A stretch of 56,063 nucleotides of DNA from NCBI RefSeq assembly GCF_000181795.1, contig NW_003526948.1:2538331-2594393 (forward strand). The letters run 5' to 3'. The translations under genes were made by a program, and so were the position numbers. The DNA comes from Trichinella spiralis (Eukaryota). Each line of letters begins with the position of its first letter. Position 1 is the first letter of the stretch. Below the pieces are notes generated by a model. The model searched no databases and had not been told where the DNA came from. It saw only the letters and a list, made by a program, of their open reading frames with translations. Positions 50,801 to 56,063 of the stretch are shown here, piece after piece.

Positions 50801-53800
50801 TTCATCCCTCGTAAAACTGAGCTTCGATCAGAAAAATTATTCAAATTTCAAAAAAAACAAAAAAAAATCAGTCTTTCGTCGACCGAATCAACTTTATTTA
50901 AGTGTTCAAATTTTCCCATTTTAAATTTCGAACGTACCCCTTCAACGAGTAAGCATTCGAAACTTTGTTATGCTATTTTGATATTGGTTTGTTGGTATTT
51001 TTTTGTTTGTTTGTTTGTTTGTTTCTTGGAAATGTTGCTTGAATTTTTTTACAATCAACCAATACACCATTTTTACAAATTTGGTAACTTTTTGCAAGTC
51101 AGGTTGTCAGGTCGAGCTTTTTTATAAGCCAACTTGTTCTACAAGCGGTAATACAACAAAGTTTTTTTTTCTTTAAATTCTTATTACATCACCAATTTAT
51201 CATTTGTAAAATTTACCTTACTAGAACGAATTGTTTGTTGTTCATTGTCTATATTCAGTTGTTGCATGTTTGCTTAGGCTGTGCTTGGTGGTAAAGCTGC
51301 GTTTACTTTTTCAAACTTGTCACATTGCAACAAGCTGAAATTTTCTTAACTGAAATGAAATATTGCAATTCAACGATATATATATATATATATATATGCA
51401 TTTTTTGATAAATAATGCTTCAAATATAAACATGACACTTGAAAAGTGTTAATTTATAAACTGCTTGTTGTTTATTTGATGATGCTAAATTTTATCCAAC
51501 TGACGTCGGGTTTGGAATGAAATAATTTTCAATTGACTATTTATCATCAATAATTGTGATGTGTGATTGCAAGCAATGTTCGATAATTTTATAATTTTCA
51601 AATTCCCAGTCAATGAAGAATATGCATTTGAATTGACTATGTTATAAATTTAAATAGTGGAAAATTTTTGGAACAAAAACTATCTATCTCAATAAACATG
51701 GCAAAAGTTTTTGAACAATTGAAGTTTTTCTGATTTTTCATTTTATTTTTAAATAATTCCACTGAAATTTGATAATGCAAATTTTTTTTGTTTAATTTAG
51801 CACAAGCTGCTTGAATATTAAATAAATGCTGCTGAATAACAACTTGTAATAAATTTTTATAAAGTCACACGACGTGTTCGTATTGTTCAGTTGGAAAAAT
51901 AGTCAATAAATAATGCTGTATTTAAAGGGATGTGAAAAGAATTGAAACAAGTGCATGTTTAGCAAAACTGCACAAATACGTTGATGAAATTGCAATTGAC
52001 CAATTTGCATATGATCAATTTGGTAGCATCTTCATTATATTGACCGCTTTATGACCGGCTTGTTGTATATTATTATTATTGATAATTGAGATTATAATCT
52101 GATTGATAAAAGCAACATTTTCACTGTTTTAGAAATTATTTGCTGTTATTACTTACAGTATGGACATTGTTTTGCTTGTAGACACTTAACTACTAGTAGA
52201 TTTTTGCTCATTTCAAACGGTTGACAGATGCAAGTGATTTTGTATGATATCTCTTGTCTTCTAATAATTAACTTTTATCAACAAAAGCAAAGCTGACCCA
52301 ATTTTGAACCCGCCAGTTTTTTGATATGGCTTTTTTGTTGTGAACGACAAGCCGATTTCTACTAAGCAACATGAAATGGAAGCATCATTCGTCAGAGATG
52401 ACAATTTTATCCGCATAGAGACTTTTGGATGAAGAAGAATGGCGTTTAGATGAGTATTTCAAATTAGCGTGCCTAATGTGCCAATAAGCAACTCCATCAA
52501 TGTATAATAAAGTTGAAACTACTTGCAAGTAGATGTCGACAAATTCTTCCTTCTTTCAATTTGTTGCATATTTTACTAGAGAACAAATACATTTTCCTGG
52601 TTATGGGCTCGATGTCGCGTTGAATGTCAATAAGAAAATCATCAACTTCTTTAGGAGAAAAATTGTTGGAATAATTCGATGAATAATCTATTGATACGTA
52701 CATATTGAGAAATTGCTGACATTAGCGATGCAAGCGACAATTAGCATCATTTGAATAGCTTCAGCAGCCCTTCGCAATGATAATTCCAATCCTTCACTCT
52801 TCCATCTTGGTCTATATATCTGAATGGTATTTTATTATCATCAGCACGTTTACTTGAAGAATCTTGAATCACTTTTGCTTGCAATGCAACGGGTTTTTGC
52901 CTAAATTTGGTAACGACGTCACTGTCATGTCAACTGTTATGTTGTTCCACTAGAAAGGAAAGAAATGACAATTGAAAGTTACTTTCACCGCTGAAATTTC
53001 TACTAAGAACAATGAAAGCAGTAGAAATAATTTTTATTCGCAGCAAATGTTCATCTTCTTAAAAACAAAAGGCTGTATGTAGAATTTAAATGCATTCCAC
53101 TTTCGATGCTTCTGATGATACATTTTGGATTTTCTTTCACGATTTGCACTGTCTGATTTGATTTTCACTGTTTTATGCATACTTCGGTGAATGTTATACA
53201 CCAATGTGAAGAAAGAGCGAAGCTTGCCTTTTTCCAAGTGATTGATTTCTTCAAAGTCGACTGCAATTTGGCTAACTCCATTTTCGGCGGCGAATAAGCT
53301 TATAAAAACACAATTCTAATTCACCCTGCCCATGTGCAATATTTTTCATTTAAACTGTAATGACTGAAAATTTTATTTGCCTCAGTACTGCAGCTTCAGT
53401 TTCTGCAGCCTTGTATATATATATATATAATTCACCTTCTCCGACGCAGGATTGCTTTCTGTTTTTGGAAAATTCATTGCAAAGCAATTATCGATTAAGA
53501 GAAAGGGACGTCAGGAAAATTAGGCTTCGCTGTATCAGGGTAGCATTTAACAAATACATGTAGTTAAATTTGGTATATATGCACGCTGTAAAATTTTCAT
53601 TGAATTCGTGCAGAAAATTTCCCCATATTCACATTATTATTTTTCAAAATTGAGCAAGGCAGAAATGGTCCTTTTTCTTGGCTGGCTTTCTTTCATTGCT
53701 TTTTCACAAAAACTCATAGCAAACATTGGCTAATTTTTAGCTAGTTTTGGTAGTATAGCGCCAGACAAAATAGGTTCGATCGAACAACCTAAGTAGTCTG

Positions 53801-54087
53801 ATCATTTTCCATGCTGATGATCTGCATCGTGAGTGAATTGTCCTCGACGGTGTCTTTTCCAGTTCATTTGTCACAGCTGGTACAGACAAAAAATCAAAGC
53901 AGTTTGATATTGTATATTTTTTTAATTTTGAACAAAAAATATGAAACTCTTTTGACACGTTCATACGTACACCTTTTCGTACATTAGCAGTCAGAATGAT
54001 ATTAGTTGCTTGATTTGGAAAACATCATTTCCAGTACATGAATTTTCTTTTTTACAATTTACTAATGTTGATTTTGCTTTTTTGAAG

Positions 54088-54190
54088 GCTTGCCGTCGGC
54101 AGATCGCTCAGAATGTTGATGAACAACGGAACGGCATCTTCAGATCGAACCAGCGTTAGTGCCAAGGAGCGCATGGCAAAATATTGGTCG
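54088..54190 (+). CDS. Candidate coding exon of an unidentified gene continuing to the right
   Basis: Polypyrimidine acceptor ttttttgaag| and strong donor TCG|gtaagc. GC-rich, with open frame (x)LAVGRSLRMLMNNGTASSDRTSVSAKERMAKYWS. No homology recognised. Confidence 0.5.
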
Positions 54191-54436
54191 GTAAGCATTC
54201 TTTTTTAGATTTTTTTTTACTTACGCGTTATTACAGATCTCAATTATGAAATAGATTAATTAATTTGTAAAAATTTGTCTCACTAAACATTTTCGGGGGA
54301 AATATTACACAATTAGTCGTGTGCTATTTATTAATTGAGGACATAGTGTTATGAAAGACAAACTCTATGGTTATTGTCAGTGTTATACAAATGAATTTGG
54401 TAATGCTTCAGTAGCGTTGTTATAAAGGGGGGGGGA

Positions 54437-54663
54437 NNNNNNNNNNNNNNNNNNNNNNNNNNNNNNNNNNNNNNNNNNNNNNNNNNNNNNNNNNNNNNNN
54501 NNNNNNNNNNNNNNNNNNNNNNNNNNNNNNNNNNNNNNNNNNNNNNNNNNNNNNNNNNNNNNNNNNNNNNNNNNNNNNNNNNNNNNNNNNNNNNNNNNNN
54601 NNNNNNNNNNNNNNNNNNNNNNNNNNNNNNNNNNNNNNNNNNNNNNNNNNNNNNNNNNNNNNN
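54437..54663. other. Assembly gap (N run)
   Basis: Run of N, preceded by a poly-G tract. Confidence 0.99.
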
Positions 54664-54860
54664 CCGTCACACCTGATACTCAATATTAATGTACTGTCCT
54701 GCAGAACCAACTCATGTTTGCATACTTACCGTATGATTTACAACTCATCATGGGTGGATTAATGTATTATGCCTACTTATCTTTTCAAATGAAACTGACT
54801 ACTGTAAGTAGCTGTTTTTTGCATTCCATTTAAAACATTCTAATTAACTATTAAAAAACC

Positions 54861-55010
54861 CTGCTAAAATATGTAGTTACGAGTGACGTTATTATACCTA
54901 ATTGGAAAATATTACGACCCACTTTTGTGTTTACATTGTATGTTAATCATTAATTAAAAAACTCTCACTGCTAAAATATGCAGTTACGAGTGACGTTATT
55001 TAACCTAATT
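54861..55010. repeat. Imperfect direct repeat of about 43 bp, two copies about 107 bp apart
   Basis: ctgctaaaatatgtagttacgagtgacgttattatacctaatt (54861) versus ctgctaaaatatgcagttacgagtgacgttatttaacctaatt (54968). Confidence 0.9.
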
Positions 55011-55366
55011 AAAAATTAAAATACTCAATGTTGCATTTACTTTGCTTTTTAAACTTTCTAATTAGCATATTAAAATTAATCTCATATTTAATGCATTGTT
55101 TTCCTACATGTTACGGATTAATAACATTCTATTTATAGAAGATTACTTCCTATTTATAAAAAGATTAAACTCGTTGCACCTTGCCTAAGCTGATTGTTTA
55201 TTTCATTTATACCAAGTTTAATTTTGCCCTTGCCTAATTAAAGGGGACCCCAATTAACATTTTATAAGTAAAAAATTTATATTCAAACAATATCTAATTC
55301 ACCAATAATCAATCAATAAATAAAATTATGCTTATTTAATGTTTACTATATTACATCCCTTTTAAC

Positions 55367-55543
55367 TGTTTACATTACACTGTTTTAAAGTTGACATTAC
55401 ATTCTTTAAAGTAAAAAACTGCTTTAAACTAAAAATATATTATTATCAGTATAAAATTAATGAATAATTAAAATATTTTATATGATGAAATGTAAATGAA
55501 AAACTGGTAAACTTTTCTACTTTAAAACAGTGTAATGTAAACA
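55367..55543. repeat. Perfect 25-bp inverted repeat with a 127-bp AT-rich spacer
   Basis: tgtttacattacactgttttaaagt (55367-55391) and actttaaaacagtgtaatgtaaaca (55519-55543). Confidence 0.92.
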
Positions 55544-56063
55544 AAAACTGAATTTGCTCAATTATTAGATAAATGAACATTATATTTTATTTATCATTTA
55601 AGTTCCTAAATGAATAAATTAATGTATAAAATGTTAACAAATTTAAACTATTTAGCATGATTATAAGGGGAAACTCTCGATGGAGATTAATTTTAAATGC
55701 TTGATGCCTAAACTGATGAAAGGTGCAACGCCAAATGAACTAATTAAAGGTGTGACGGCAGATCTGATGTCAATCATTGGCCAAGTGTCAGAGCCAGCGA
55801 GACAATAACACAAACGCATAGCGACGCTTACCGTTTCTCTTGGGGGAGTAACGATCACCACTAGATTGGCACCGAAACAGAGTCTCGGCACTACGTCAAT
55901 TGCGAATTTGCATAACTGCCTCTAGGACAGATACGTCTTACGAATTCACATAGGTGCTGAAATCCCATTGCACAAGATTTCAAACAACGTCCATTACCAC
56001 ACAAAATGGACAGGGTCATCTCTTTGAAACCGGTCTCTGGCCAGCACGGGACTAGGAGACTCC

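Noticed and set aside
30251..51127. Many 60-116 aa ORFs rich in F, I, L, K and N
   Set aside because: Composition is typical of random AT-rich non-coding DNA, with no motifs, and many begin at non-ATG codons.
54383..54710. ORFs spanning the N run
   Set aside because: Artefacts of the assembly gap.
54722..54730. ATACTTACC resembling the U1 snRNA 5' end
   Set aside because: The following sequence does not match U1; it is simply the complement of a donor consensus.
1..56063. CRISPR arrays, operon-like prokaryotic systems, rRNA/tRNA genes and intact transposase or RT ORFs
   Set aside because: None seen by eye; the DNA is intron-rich and eukaryotic.

Overview
AT-rich eukaryotic genomic DNA with many short GT-AG introns, most likely a nematode. 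A clade I worm such as Trichinella is my inference and is not shown directly by the sequence. The left 29 kb is gene-dense, in this order: a possible partial gene at the left edge (-); a divergent Ubc9-like SUMO E2 (-); head-to-head with it, an 11-exon p53/p63/p73-family gene (+); a short LIM-only gene whose LIM resembles the N-terminus of LTD-1/Hillarin (+); an intronless secreted galaxin-like Cys-repeat gene (-); two convergent KCC-type SLC12 paralogues; and a ZIP (SLC39) metal transporter with a GC-AG intron (-). The p53-family gene carries a p53-like TAD motif (LSQETWAHLY), DNA-binding, oligomerisation and SAM domains, and several intron positions that match vertebrate TP53/TP63. About 30-52 kb has no recognisable coding sequence and may be a large intron or regulatory region. 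The right end has an assembly gap next to inverted and direct repeats. All exon boundaries were read by eye.
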